Below are positions 10,822-23,585 of a DNA stretch of 47,574 bases, piece by piece (the stretch's first letter is position 1; each line of letters starts with the position of its first letter). The stretch covers positions 77,287,291 through 77,334,864 of the forward strand of contig NC_068989.1 in assembly GCF_001194135.2 (NCBI RefSeq), given 5' to 3'. The position numbers and the translations under genes are program-made. The notes under the pieces are model-generated. The model saw only the letters and a list, made by a program, of their open reading frames with translations, was not told the origin of the DNA and made no database searches. The stretch is from Octopus bimaculoides (taxonomy: Eukaryota).

Positions 10822-11300
10822 GTATGTACGTATATATGTGTGTGTATGCATATGTATATATGTATATGTGTATATACATACATATACATATATATATATA
10901 TGCATATATGTATCTATATATGTGTGTATATATAAACATATACATATGAATATATACGTATATATGTTTAATTCCCTATATATGCATATCAGCATGTATA
11001 TAAATATGTTTACACACACACAAGCACACACATATATAATCCTAAAACTTACAACTGTGTAAACACATTCTACAAAATTGTTTAAAGATTAAATCAGGAC
11101 TTTGAAAGATAAAACGATAATAATACATGCATGTTCTCTCTAAGATATTTAGGCAATCTTGCATTTCTTTTATTAGAATTCAGTGAATATAAGTCTTAAA
11201 TATTTGCTTCCTAAAAACGTTCGTTTCAAATAATGCAATTTTGATAATAATGTTTCATATGCAATATCACCATTATTCATAATCATAAAAATAACGGTAC

Positions 11301-11368
11301 AAGAAGAAGAAGAAGAAGAAGAAGAAGAAGAAGAAGAAGAAGAAGAAGAAGAAGAAGAAGAAGAAGAA
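11301..11368. repeat. (AAG)n microsatellite
   Basis: Directly visible; source of the poly-Ser ORF. Confidence 0.95.
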
Positions 11369-11435
11369 AAATGTGGGAAGATACGAATAATAATAATAAC
11401 TATAATAATAATAATGATTATGATCATAATAATAA

Positions 11436-11636
11436 TCTTTTCCACTCTACGCACAAGGCCCGAAATTTTGGGGAAGGCGTCAGTCGATTAGATTGACCTC
11501 AGTACGCAACTGGTACTTATGGACCCCGAAATGATGAAAGGCAAAGTCGGCTGAATTTGAATTCAAAAGGTAACAACAGGCGAAATACCACCAAGCGTTT
11601 CGTCCAGCGTGCTAACGATTCTGCTAGCTCGCCGCC
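11436..11636 (-). mobile_element. tRNA-derived SINE (family B) with (ATT)n tail
   Basis: Reverse complement reads ggcggcgagctagcagaatcgttagcacgc...gaattcaaattc...aaaatttcgggccttgtgcgtagagtggaaaagattatt; homologous to 20004-20185, 20630-20842 and 40378-40590. Confidence 0.85.
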
Positions 11637-11659
11637 TTAATACTAATAATAATAATAAT

Positions 11660-11691
<32 letters not shown>

Positions 11692-11824
11692 GAAACCACG
11701 TGGAAAATTCCTCGAGGAATATTTTAGAGTTATGTATATTTATATTTGATCTGTACAAATTTAAAAACAAATCAGAAATCTATCTATCTGTCTCTCTATC
11801 TATCTACACATATTTAAGGACATA

Positions 11825-11865
<41 letters not shown>

Positions 11866-12599
11866 TTAAATATGTGAAATTCTCAAATATATAATGGTCA
11901 TATTCGCCTTTTCACTGAATTTGATAAAAATGTTTAGAAATCAAATACTTACATTTGCTTCGGATTTTCACCAAAATTACCATCTGGATATCAGTAGAAT
12001 ATTACTAATAAAGCATATAAATTCATTCAAATCAGTCTTGATATTAGTGTATTCTTCATAGTAGAATATACTTGATGGTGGAGTATTCTTACGAGTGTTA
12101 TCTATCCACAAGCGGATAGCACGATTCAAGACTGAGTGTACGTGACTTTGCTAAGAGAGAATCTAAGCTGACAAGATAAAACACTTACATATTAAGCAAT
12201 TCAAAATCAGGAAAGTAAACTGCTTCATCATGGTTAGAGTATGGTTAGGGCATTTTGTTGTCAAACTGCATAAACATGACTTACGACAATCTATGGTGCA
12301 ATGTGATACTAGAATAGAACTGGGATAGGAATGTTACACCACACGAGACCTACAGATACGTAGCAGCTGATGAAGAAGACACTGTATAAAACTAAGAAAC
12401 GAAAGCATTAGAAAAGAATATTATAGACGTACCCGGTGAATGCATGAAACGGATCGAACGGCGAAAAATAATGTGATATATAACATCGATTTAGGTGTTC
12501 TGCCACAACTCACTGTAAATTGAACGAACTAGTAAGACTAGATATGAAAAAAGCAGAAAATAATTAGGGTATTTAGAATGCATCTGCACAAATTATGTT

Positions 12600-12625
12600 T
12601 GTATGTATGTATGTATGTATGTATG

Positions 12626-12672
<47 letters not shown>
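12600..12672. repeat. (TATG)n(TATC)n compound microsatellite
   Basis: Directly visible. Confidence 0.95.
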
Positions 12673-13349
12673 ATATCCTTCTTCTGTCTGTCTGAGAAAA
12701 CTCTGTCGGAGTTTTCTCTCTTCAATCCAGACCCAGATTATCTTTGCAATTTCGACAACAATTATACCACTAATACAAAGCTGTAATGTCTTTTATACCG
12801 TTAGACAACTATTAGAACAAATTCACCATTATGCTAAAACAGGGATGCGGAGACACTCGCCCGCGAGCCCATTTTATTTTGTCAGCAGACTGATATACTC
12901 TTACGTAAAATATAGTAAATTTTTCAATCATAAAATTTATAAAATATTCATATATTTATTTGCGACATAGGTCGCGTTTCCACTACGACTTAAAATGGTC
13001 AGAATCGAACATAAATTGTTCGATAGTTGCCAGTTGAATGGAAATTTTGTTTTCATCATGAAGCATATATTAGTATATTTGTACCACTCCTTGAAACCCA
13101 ACTACACTCTTGCTGAAAAATATAGAATACCTCATAAGTAATATAAGCGTTCTAAATTCAGTGGCGGTGTTAATGAAGATGTTACGCGCTAATTTAATAT
13201 GTTAATCTTATCTTATTAATTTATATCGAATTATACATAGATATAAACAAAATTTACACAGATATAAGAGCTAGAATTTGTGACTCGCTCGCGGACCTTT
13301 TCTTAGGAAATTTTTGGCCGTGACACTCAAACGTTTTCCCTCCCCTACA

Positions 13350-14531
13350 CTAAAATATATTAAGTACACAATCATGAAAAAGTCGTTGACGTAGCTTCGA
13401 GATATTAACAAAATAATATAATTGAGAGCGCTCTTCAATGAAGCCAAGATATACAAAACAGAGGCTGCAATAACATTTAAGCTATGACGAAAATGGATAA
13501 ACAAACTCACAAATGGAGGAACACCTAATACGCAAGCTTAAACAGGGACCCCAGAATACCGTGAAAAAATGACGGTAAGACAAAACTTTTTATATGCAAA
13601 AAGCTGAACGAAGTTGAAATACAACTAGAAACGCACCAACATTTATTGAGAGGAGTGGGGTTAAAAGATGATAAGGAAGGGCTCTTGATTACGGTGCAGA
13701 AACAAAGCTTCCTCGCGGACACCAAGAAAAGCATGTAATGAAGCATGGTACACTTCGCAAACGTAGAATATGTGGAGAATTAAACATATTAACCATACTG
13801 TATGTGGCTAACCAGTATTAACCAAGGAAGAATACATCCACATGACAGATTTGGAACTCACATACATTGGGAATTGAGCCAGGTGTATGAAATAGCAACA
13901 TAAGAGAAATAAAATATCTTCGATATAGACAAAACTACCGTACACTGACATATGCAATTCACACAAACGCACACACACACATAGAGAAAAACACACAGAG
14001 AGGCAGATAAAGACTAATTTACCAGATATTGTTATCAACGATCACTAGGTACAGGAATTTCCCTTAACAAGAATCTCCCACAATTGGAATCTCCCCCGGC
14101 TTGCATATCAGTCGCAATAGATGATAGCCAAGTATATTAGGTGTACTTATACTAAAATAAACACGTAGAATTTGAGATATAGGCCAACTGTGGGACCGGG
14201 AAAGAAAAACAATGCTTATAATGAGAGGTGATTTGGGAATCATCAGAAAAACTGCAGACAAAATATGCTAACAAAAACAAAAAATTTAGAAATAACATAG
14301 AGAAAATAGCATTGCTACATGCCACTCACACATTAGTAAATCACATTCAATATTATAGAAAAAAAAACAACTCTTGTTGTGACTACGGATGGTCATTATG
14401 CCAATAAAAACGAAAATCTTGCAAACCAAATACAAAAAAGAAAATTAAGAAAAAACAAAATAAAACACTGCATATAACCAAGGAACGCATATTTGTTCTC
14501 GGGAGTGTAAGAAAAACCAACGAGAAACCTA
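13350..14531 (+). mobile_element. Decayed 3' part of a Dong/R4-clade non-LTR retrotransposon (zinc knuckle and restriction-like endonuclease region)
   Basis: Broken frames give GVGLKDDKEGLLITVQKQS (about 13653-13707; compare SGLKxETEGLIIAAQDQ), RICGE...NH...CG, IKTNLPDIVI (about 14007) and a GDLGIIRK version of GALGII (about 14227). Ends in (AAT)n. Confidence 0.7.
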
Positions 14532-14583
<52 letters not shown>

Positions 14584-14597
14584 TTAATAATAATAAT
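14532..14597. repeat. (AAT)n tract: tail of the upstream element and 5' flank of the next
   Basis: Directly visible. Confidence 0.95.
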
Positions 14598-15090
14598 TGG
14601 AAGTCTTATCATGTACATTGTTTTGTCTTGGTATAAAAGATGGGCTACAGCAAATATTCTGCTTAATACTACAGATTTGCTTCTCAGCTGTTTGACTTTA
14701 ACCAGTTGAGCATGTCCCTTGGTTGCTGACGATATATGCATCTCTGATCATGTTCAGAAGTAGTGTTGAGAGCCATGTGTTGAGAGTAATTCTTTGGGGT
14801 TTGAATAATTCACATTTGGAAACATGGGTGTTTTGCTCAACATCCTTAAACAAACCTTATTCAGGGACCTTTTGAATGGGATGGGCTACTCTACCGGAAG
14901 AAAATTCTAACTGGGCCCCGCCTGCGAGGTCATGCGCTAGTTATCTTCCTATGAGTTCACCATGTGGCGCACATATTGTTGGGATACACGTGTCTGTTGT
15001 ACTCTTATCAGACGGGTAGTCATCATAGGTATACTGGGCTTCTTATGTTTTACCTCCGTGTCACTGATGACATGCACTGCTCTCTCACTC

Positions 15091-15128
<38 letters not shown>

Positions 15129-15132
15129 TAAT

Positions 15133-15178
<46 letters not shown>

Positions 15179-15198
15179 CCAACAACAACAATATAACA
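14598..15198 (+). mobile_element. 5'-truncated retroelement 3' end (non-coding, LINE 3'-UTR-like) with (AAT)n(AAC)n tail
   Basis: About 490 bp of GC-richer sequence between two AAT tracts, ending ctgctctctcactc-aataataat. I recognise it as a common octopus interspersed repeat; the clade is not shown by the sequence. Confidence 0.55.
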
Positions 15199-16326
15199 AT
15201 GATACAATACACGTTTGCAAGTTCAGAAAGTCGATATTAAGGTTTAATGGTACTCATCACATTTTCACATTTCTGTGAGTCTGTATTACTGTAGCCACTA
15301 ATAGAAAAAAGATAAGAATATTAAACTGGATTTTCTTTCTTCATTTTCAGTCTTTCAAGATATTTTTGTTTCCTCTTTCGATGAAACTTCGATGGATTAT
15401 TGTAAATGTATGCCTGAAGATCATGAGACAGCTAATCACATTATGAAAGACAAACTGACCTCATCACCATCAGACACACCCACGTATTTTCCATATATGT
15501 TCTCCAGTAAATGGAATGAAAGTAAATGTCCAAGGATTTTATACTCAAACATGAAATTTTACATGGCGCTGCGCGATTTCAATGTTTGCAATGCGTCTGG
15601 GTCATAAGCTTATACGCAAAAAGGCCGAATATGGAAAAGGTGAAATTCAAACGACTTAAAACAAGAATCCCGAGGACACCAAAGGCTAAAAATCAAAACC
15701 ACAAACATTCAAATACTTTCGTGAAAGTTATGAAAATTGTCCTTAGTGAACTTTTCTTTTCAACTTCAAAATGAGACTATTTGAAAAATATACTGTAACA
15801 TTTTTTTTTTTTAATATACAACATCAGGATAATTATTTTAGAAGAAAAGGGGTCTGAAACTCATTTACAATTGCAATATTTGGGAAAGAGAATATATGAC
15901 ATTCTTTTTGCTATGCNNNNNNNNNNNNNNNNNNNNNNNNNNNNNNNNNNNNNNNNNNNNNNNNNNNNNNNNNNNNNNNNNNNNNNNNNNNNNNNNNNNN
16001 NNNNNNNNNNNNNNNNNNNNNNNNNNNNNNNNNNNNNNNNNNNNNNNNNNNNNNNNNNNNNNNNNNNNNNNNNNNNNNNNNNNNNNNNNNNNNNNNNNNN
16101 NNNNNNNNNNNNNNNNNNNNNNNNNNNNNNNNNNNNNNNNNNNNNNNNNNNNNNNNNNNNNNNNNNNNNNNNNNNNNNNNNNNNNNNNNNNNNNNNNNNN
16201 NNNNNNNNNNNNNNNNNNNNNNNNNNNNNNNNNNNNNNNNNNNNNNNNNNNNNNNNNNNNNNNNNNNNNNNNNNNNNNNNNNNNNNNNNNNNNNNNNNNN
16301 NNNNNNNNNNNNNNNNNNNNNNNNNN

Positions 16327-19225
16327 CTAACGATTTTGGAAGCTTACCAATAACAACAACAAATCTCGTCAAATGACGGGGTAAGACATGAGAGTCAACG
16401 ATCGTTCAATTGTGTATATATGAGGATTGCTGTGGGTTCTCCGAGCCTTGGTTAGCAATCAATCTAGTGATGCTGTCACGATGAAAATATTGGTCATTAC
16501 ACAGTATAATGAGTCTTACAACAAAATGAATGAAAATTTCAAATTCAAATAGTCATAATAAATTCGTTAACGGCGCTGCAACTATCAAAGATTCACGCAA
16601 GACAGGCATAGATTGATTGAGCAAGCTTCGATAGGGTATCAACAAGTCTTGGATAAGATCAGGATCGAAGTCAAAGGTGGAGTGCGGGAAAACTTTGATG
16701 GGGGAAAGAGGTAAACAAGCTAATGACTGAATGCCGGCTGAGAATTGGGCTCAAGAAAACAAGTTTCTTAAAAAGGATGAAGAGGATATGTGATGAGAAG
16801 GAATCTTTGAAACTTCCACCCAACGATTGATAAACCAAAGAAGGGCAAATCATAAAATAGATCGGATTACAGAAATAAAATTTGAAGAAATTCAGAGAAG
16901 AATGGAAAATGTACTGGTTGTGTGTGAAATAACAATAGTAGAAAGTGGTAATGAACGAAAATTACTACGTGTCTGAGGACGCAGATGAACTACACAGTGA
17001 AAAAGATGAACTTGGACGAGATAGAATAAATGTTGAACAAACTTGAACGGTGAAGAGAACAACAAACTATACAAACAGAAAAGATACAATACTAGACTAA
17101 TGCAAAAGTGTTGAGCAGAGTAGATAGTATCAATCGAACAGAAGACGACAATTTGAGAAAACCGAGGCTAAACACGATCCCTGATGAAGAAGGAAGTAAA
17201 GTGAGACATAAATGAATAGCAGATTAACTAACACAAGTTGAGATGCAACTTGCATAAACAAAAGGACATTAGAATTGATCTGTACTCAGTAAGACTGAAG
17301 TTGATCAAAGTATTCTGATGAGGGGAAGCTTGTGATTTAAAGGATTTATTTTACACAGTTCTATGAAAGGATCACATTAAAACTTGATGAATTCCTGCAG
17401 TAAGGGCACATTCCAACGTGTATGACAATTGGACGAACATGAGCGTCGAAGGATGCTATGAAATTTTCGACTTATAACATTTTACCACTGCTGTAGAAGC
17501 TTATCACTAGTGTACGCAGATTGACGCGATTAAATTCAGTATCCTGGGAGTATAAAAAAAGCGTATGACCTGATGGTGTACCGTTGGCTAAGTGAAACAA
17601 TGAGCCTCCTTGAAATGGCACAAAATATGGAAAAACCGGTCAATGAAATTATGGGACTTGGAAACACAGACTTGAATGGGGAAAAGTTTAAGAATGTGTA
17701 TATTCTCACGTTATATGTCATGGTGATCTGTTATCTCCATTACTATTCGTGTTGGCCACGACAATGCTTAGACTGATATTACGTAATGTCGAAATAGCAC
17801 ATGATTTGGAGAAAGGATAAGGTCAGACATTAAGGAGAGACCTATAATCTCCTTTTCATGGGTGATTTAAAGTTTTATGCAAAAATGAGAATAAGCTGTA
17901 ATGTCTTTTAGATATTGTTCGGATTTTTAAAAACGACGTTGGAATGATATGGCTTGGAAAGCATGCTATTTTGATAATGAAACGGGAAAGTGTTGAGGTA
18001 AGCCATGGAACTGAAACTGAAAGTGAAATAAGTTGGGAAACGACTGTGATATACGTATTTGGGATTACTTGACGCAGAAGATATAAAACATGAAGAGATG
18101 AAGCAAATTGCATGTGGGAAATATACAACGAGTGCGGAAAATATTACCGTTAATGTTGAGTTCCCGAATCGTTACTGAAGCAGTCACTTCAACAATAATT
18201 TCAGTTAACAGGTATGAAGCTGGAATTGTGAAATGGACAAAAGGCGAAATGCAGAAAGTTGACAGAAAGAAAATAAACAACTGTTGACTATGTATGAAGC
18301 CGAACATTCTGCAGCTGATATCAACCGGTTCTACTTGAAGAGAGACCAGGGTGAAAGATGTATAATTGAAGATTGTGTGCAAATGGAACGAAACACGTTG
18401 ATTATTCGCAGGACAGTGCATAAAAGTTACTAAAGGAAGTGAATGAAGAACGGGTGATCAAGTGGGAAAAAGGGAAAAACACAAAACTGAAATTCAGAGA
18501 GAACATTTTGAATGGTAAGTTTTGGGAAAACCATACAAGATGTATGTAGTACGAAATCTTGAACTTGGGAAAAGAGAACGTCACTAGAGCTGCTCAAGAC
18601 GAGGCACCATAAACAAACAACTTTTGAGAATGTGTATGGGGTGAGGATGTCGGTAAAATGCAGAATATCTGGAAGTGGGGATGAAACGATGGCACACATT
18701 CATGGAGGAGAATAAAAGAAATTGACACATTATCAAATTGCGAAAGTTGGAAGCTTTGTTCCCGATAGAGGTTTAAAGAAAGAAGTACATGGTTAATCAT
18801 CGGGTAGAAAGCATACTTGAGTTGAACGTAAATAAAACTTTGTGTGCTTTCCCCATTGAAACAGACAAGAAGATAGAATATATCAAAGCAGACATTACAG
18901 CAGCACAAGGAAGAGAGAATTTGAATATTGATTCATCCATTATGTCCATTTAGACGGAAAGCTGAAAAGCTACAAACCCTCGAATTCTGAGAGTGCTGGG
19001 ATTAAGGAAAATGGAATCTATAATGATCGTACTTCTGATGGTTGGTGCATTAGGGATTGTCAGTGATAAAATAGGCAAACGGATAAATGAGTTGGAAGGG
19101 AATGTCAATCAGAATGATTTGGGGTACTTGATGACATACAGAAATCATGTGAATATCTAAGGCTACGCCGCAACCAATATAAACTCTAACAATACATAAA
19201 ATAAGATATTAACAATAATAATAAA
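16327..19225 (+). mobile_element. Heavily decayed, largely complete Dong/R4-clade non-LTR retrotransposon (RT, zinc knuckle, RLE); pseudogenised
   Basis: In order: KAYDLMVYRWL 17558-17590, HGDLLSPLLFVLA 17719 (QGDSLSP), NLLFMGDLKFYA 17846-17881 (YMDD motif mutated), ADINRFYLKRDQG about 18315, AAQDEA about 18590, KCRISGSGDETMAHI about 18656, PIETDKKIEYIKADI about 18852, MVGALGIVS about 19039. Many stops and frameshifts; 5' end lost in a gap. Confidence 0.85.
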
Positions 19226-19637
19226 AATGTATTTTAGGGATGCAATATCGAAGACATAACTGAAACCTTATACAGTGTACATATTGAATAAATTCTATTT
19301 AAATTCTCTCAGTACTGAGTATATCATTTATTTCACTCGAACGCAGACATAACAATCTTTAAAATCGATTAACGGGCGAAACGAACATAGAATGCACTTA
19401 TATATCTCCATTTATTTTCAACCTTTCGCTTCATTATGCCAATATATAACATATATCAAGTCAATATATAACATACATTCAGCATTTTTATCGTTTGAGT
19501 TATTTGCGTTTATACTATACGAAAAAAAACAAAAATATTCAATAACGAAAGAAGTTAAACAACGGAAATATTGAATGAATAAACTATTTTAGTTTCCGCT
19601 CATAACTTAGATATCATACCCCGACAGTATACAATAT

Positions 19638-19719
19638 TTATTATTATTATTGTTATTCTTTTTGTTGTTATTATTATTATTATAGTAATAATATTATGAT
19701 TATAATAATAATAGTAGTA

Positions 19720-19777
<58 letters not shown>

Positions 19778-19883
19778 CTCTTTGAGTCACAGGAAAAGGC
19801 TTTACTTGAAACCTTTAGTGATTGTTGTTGCTTGCTTTCAAGTAAAGAATAACCGGTAATTAAGAACTATCCGAGTCTTTCAG

Positions 19884-19916
<33 letters not shown>

Positions 19917-20003
19917 AATAATAATACTAATTATTATCATCATCATCATCATCAATTATTATTATTATTATTATTAGTACTACTACTACTACTCTACTAC
20001 TAA
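19638..20003. repeat. Mosaic trinucleotide field (TAT/TAG/AAC/CAT/TAC)
   Basis: Directly visible, with a short unique spacer at about 19780-19885. Confidence 0.85.
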
Positions 20004-20185
20004 GGCGGCGAACTGGCAGAATTGCTAATATACCGTGCGAAATGCTTAGGGGTATTTTGTCTGCTGCTACGTTCTGAGTTCAAATTCCGCCGAGCTAGAC
20101 TTGGCTTTTCATTCTTTCAGGGTCGATATTTTCGACTGGTCCCATCCCCACAAAATTTCGAGCCTTATGTCTATAGGAGAAAGGA
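20004..20185 (+). mobile_element. SINE family B copy with internal deletion and (ATT)n tail
   Basis: ggcggcgaactggcagaattgcta...gttctgagttcaaattccgccgag...aaaatttcgagccttatgtctataggagaaaggattatt. Confidence 0.85.
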
Positions 20186-20571
20186 TTATTATTATTATTA
20201 TCATTATTAGTATTATTATTATTATCATCTGTAAATATAAAAGGCAGGATGTTTGTGTGCGTGTTTGTGTATGTGTGCGCGCGTGAATGTAATTTATGCA
20301 CGTCCACAAATTAGCACACATGTCGCACCAATTTTAGGAGGACATTCGTCATGACCCTAGCTGTACTTTCTTCAACTTATTTTACCCAGAGTCACCAGCG
20401 AGTAGCAGTAAAAATAAATTTTCAACCAAAACTTTTAACAATGTTCAAGTCGGAGAAATCACCATTGTTTACAAACGAGGAAGATATTGTTAAGACCTTT
20501 GTAAGATTTCATTAGCGTTTAAACAGGTCTAGTTATCATCATCGTCATCCTCCTCCTCCTCCTCCTCCTCC

Positions 20572-20617
<46 letters not shown>

Positions 20618-20629
20618 TATTTTAAAGCA

Positions 20630-20842
20630 CTAAGCTGGTAAAATCTTTACCGTGCTGAACAAAATCTTTACCGGCATTTTTCCCGGTTGAAGCTATTGAG
20701 TTCAAATTCCACCGACGTTGAGTTTGCCTTTGATTATTGCCGGGTCGATAAATCAAAAACTCGTTGAGCAGTGATATCGATGTAATCGGTTCGAACCTTA
20801 CACCAAATTTTAGGCCTTTTTACCTATAGCGACAATGATTAT
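20630..20842 (+). mobile_element. Older, diverged SINE family B copy
   Basis: gagttcaaattccaccgacgttgagtttgcctttg...gggtcgataaat...gatgtaatcg...aaattttaggcc aligns to family B. Confidence 0.65.
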
Positions 20843-21262
20843 ATTGGAAGTAATTATCCTTACTATTACTTATATACCTTTGCTATTTTGACGAAGCTTA
20901 ATCAATTTAAATCTTCCCTTCAAACTTTACATGAATGTATTTGAAAAACGTATTTTACTTGTTTTCCTCTGAAGTATTTCGAAATTTGTTATTTGATCAA
21001 TAAGATTTTACAAGCGTTCAACAGTCTGACTTATAGTTCATTGGAGTTATATTTCCTCACGTTCTGCCTATTGATAATCATCTGGTATAGACACAAGCAC
21101 ACACACACATACACACATACACACACGCACAAATATGATATATATAATTGAAGAGAAACCACGAACAGATGTCCTTCAAGTTGACTTTAAACTAACGGAG
21201 ACAACACTCATATAGCGTCTAAGGAAACATAAATAGATCTCATAATACAAACACACACCCAG

Positions 21263-21609
21263 TGTGGAGGCAAAAAGGCCCAGTGGTTAGGGCAGCGGAC
21301 TCGCGGTCATAGGATCATGGTTTTGATTCCCAGATCGGGCGTTGTGAGTGTTTATTGAGCGAAAACACCTAAAAGCACCACGAGGCTCCGGCAGGGGATG
21401 GTGGCGAACCCTGCTGTACTCTTTCACCACAACTTTCTCTCACTCTTCCTGTTTCTGCTGTGCCTGTAATTCAAAGGGTCAGCCTTGTCACACTGTGTCA
21501 CGCCGAATATCCCTGAGATCTACGTTAAGGGTACACGTGTCAGTGGAGTGCTCCGGATCAACAGGAACCCTCGACGTCGTAAGCGATGGAGTGCCAACAA
21601 CAACAACAA
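21263..21609 (+). mobile_element. tRNA-derived SINE (family C, OR-type) with (AAC)n tail
   Basis: tRNA-like head tgtggaggc...ggcccagtggttagggcagcggactcgcggtc...ttgattcccaga. Body matches 24476-24749; head matches 42132. Confidence 0.85.
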
Positions 21610-21666
21610 TACACACACACACACACGCACACACACACACGCACACACACCCACACACACACACAC

Positions 21667-21730
<64 letters not shown>

Positions 21731-22203
21731 GGACAGACACACACACATATATAAACACACAAGGAACAAATGGGATTTACAATTTACTATAGATGATCCG
21801 GTCGTCTTTTAGTGATGTATCCATTGGTTACATCATAGCATAAATCCACCATCTGCAGGTTAAATTGTATACAGGTATACACAGGCAAGGCCAATCTTTT
21901 ATGATGACCTACCCAACAAACAATATTATGAGCAAGTGATATTTGTGTTTTTAAAAAAGAATGTTCCAATCTATAGACAGATCTGAAGTGGAACAGGCTT
22001 GCTAAGTCCACAGAGGTCAAAACAAGCCTATTATTTCAAATAATTATCCTAATTGGTTTATAGTCATAATTTGATGTTCAGTAGTTCCAGGAAACAGACG
22101 TTAGAGCCTAAATATTTCTAGGAAGATATCTTACCGTTTAAGTGAGATAACAAAACCAGACCTTGCGGTAACAGACATACATAAAACAGTCATCACCATT
22201 TCA

Positions 22204-22291
22204 AGCTGCTGCTGCTCCTGCCGCCACTACTACCACCACCACCACCACCACCACTACCACCACTACTACAACAACTACTACTACTACTACG

Positions 22292-22344
<53 letters not shown>

Positions 22345-22345
22345 A
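22204..22345. repeat. (GCT)/(CCA)n/(CTA)n trinucleotide tract
   Basis: Directly visible; source of the poly-Val ORF. Confidence 0.9.
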
Positions 22346-22390
22346 CACATACACACACACACATACACACGCATATACATAAACGCATAC

Positions 22391-22429
<39 letters not shown>

Positions 22430-22636
22430 TCGAAAGAGAGATAGGTAGATTTGTAGGTAGGTAGGCTCATAACTTTCTTATGTTTTCTTAAAAATTCTCT
22501 CGAGCAATACTATGTGCAAAATCAAATATATGACGCCTTAGGCATAACAGCAACATGAAATTCTAACTTGCTGTCTCTTGAGGTCTCTGGGTGAGAGTTG
22601 GAACCAACTTGTACAAATACAAAGCAAAAGTCAAAC

Positions 22637-22687
<51 letters not shown>

Positions 22688-23518
22688 CAACAAAAATAAT
22701 ATTAATAACATTTTTACGAGTAATCATTTGAATATTTACTCATTTTTATACATACATACAATAAGCACTGAAATTGTTTTGAATTTCACGCGGTAGTATT
22801 GAAGACATAACGGATTACAAGGAGGCGAGATGGACTTTTCATATTAGCTGCAGCAAGACCTGCTGAGGAGAAGTGAAGCACTAGCTAGAATTCGAAATCA
22901 TGATCGAGGTATATGCGTTACCTCATCATTCTATATTTCTTTAGCTGAGATAATATATTAAATTCTGCTTATTTGCACGATTTCTGTTGGAGCGTTGCAT
23001 ATTTTCAGAGAGATTTGTGGTTAGGTTGGGATTTTTTACTTCCACTTTTTAGCAAGATGGTGCTTCGTGTACCCTCTAATATAATTATATGCATATAACT
23101 TAAATAACTTAGATATGTCTCGACCAAAGATTGGCCCAGGCTAATAGCACGACTTGATAGGACTTGTGAAATCCTTTTTAAGTAAGAGTTTTGTGATATC
23201 AAGGCACATTCAACTAGAGAGCTCTTGTTGAGCGAGTTGTATCCACATATTATTGGCTTATCTTGTATCCCTTGAACAAATTTGTCCAGATTCAGTTTAA
23301 AGGAGAAGTGATTTTTCCTTCTTTGATTCACTTTGGGGCAATCTTAAATAGGGGAAGGCCAGTCGAGGTAAAGAAATTGTGTTGCATTGTATCTATGTGT
23401 TGTGAGGATGAATTGTGGAGGATACTTATGGCACACACACACTCACATACACACATATGTGCATATAATATATATGTATATATATCTGACATGTATAAAT
23501 TCTACATACATACCTGCG

Positions 23519-23585
<67 letters not shown>

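Noticed and set aside
11428-11640. Idea that SINE family B is mobilised by the neighbouring Dong/R4 LINEs
   Set aside because: Its sense-strand tail is (ATT)n, opposite to the (AAT)n tails of those elements, and no shared 3' sequence was seen.
23005-23368. 108-aa minus ORF and overlapping plus-strand open segments (YVSTKDWPRLIARL..., RALVERVVSTYYWL...)
   Set aside because: The readings are mutually incompatible, intron sizes and phases do not fit, and no motif is recognised.
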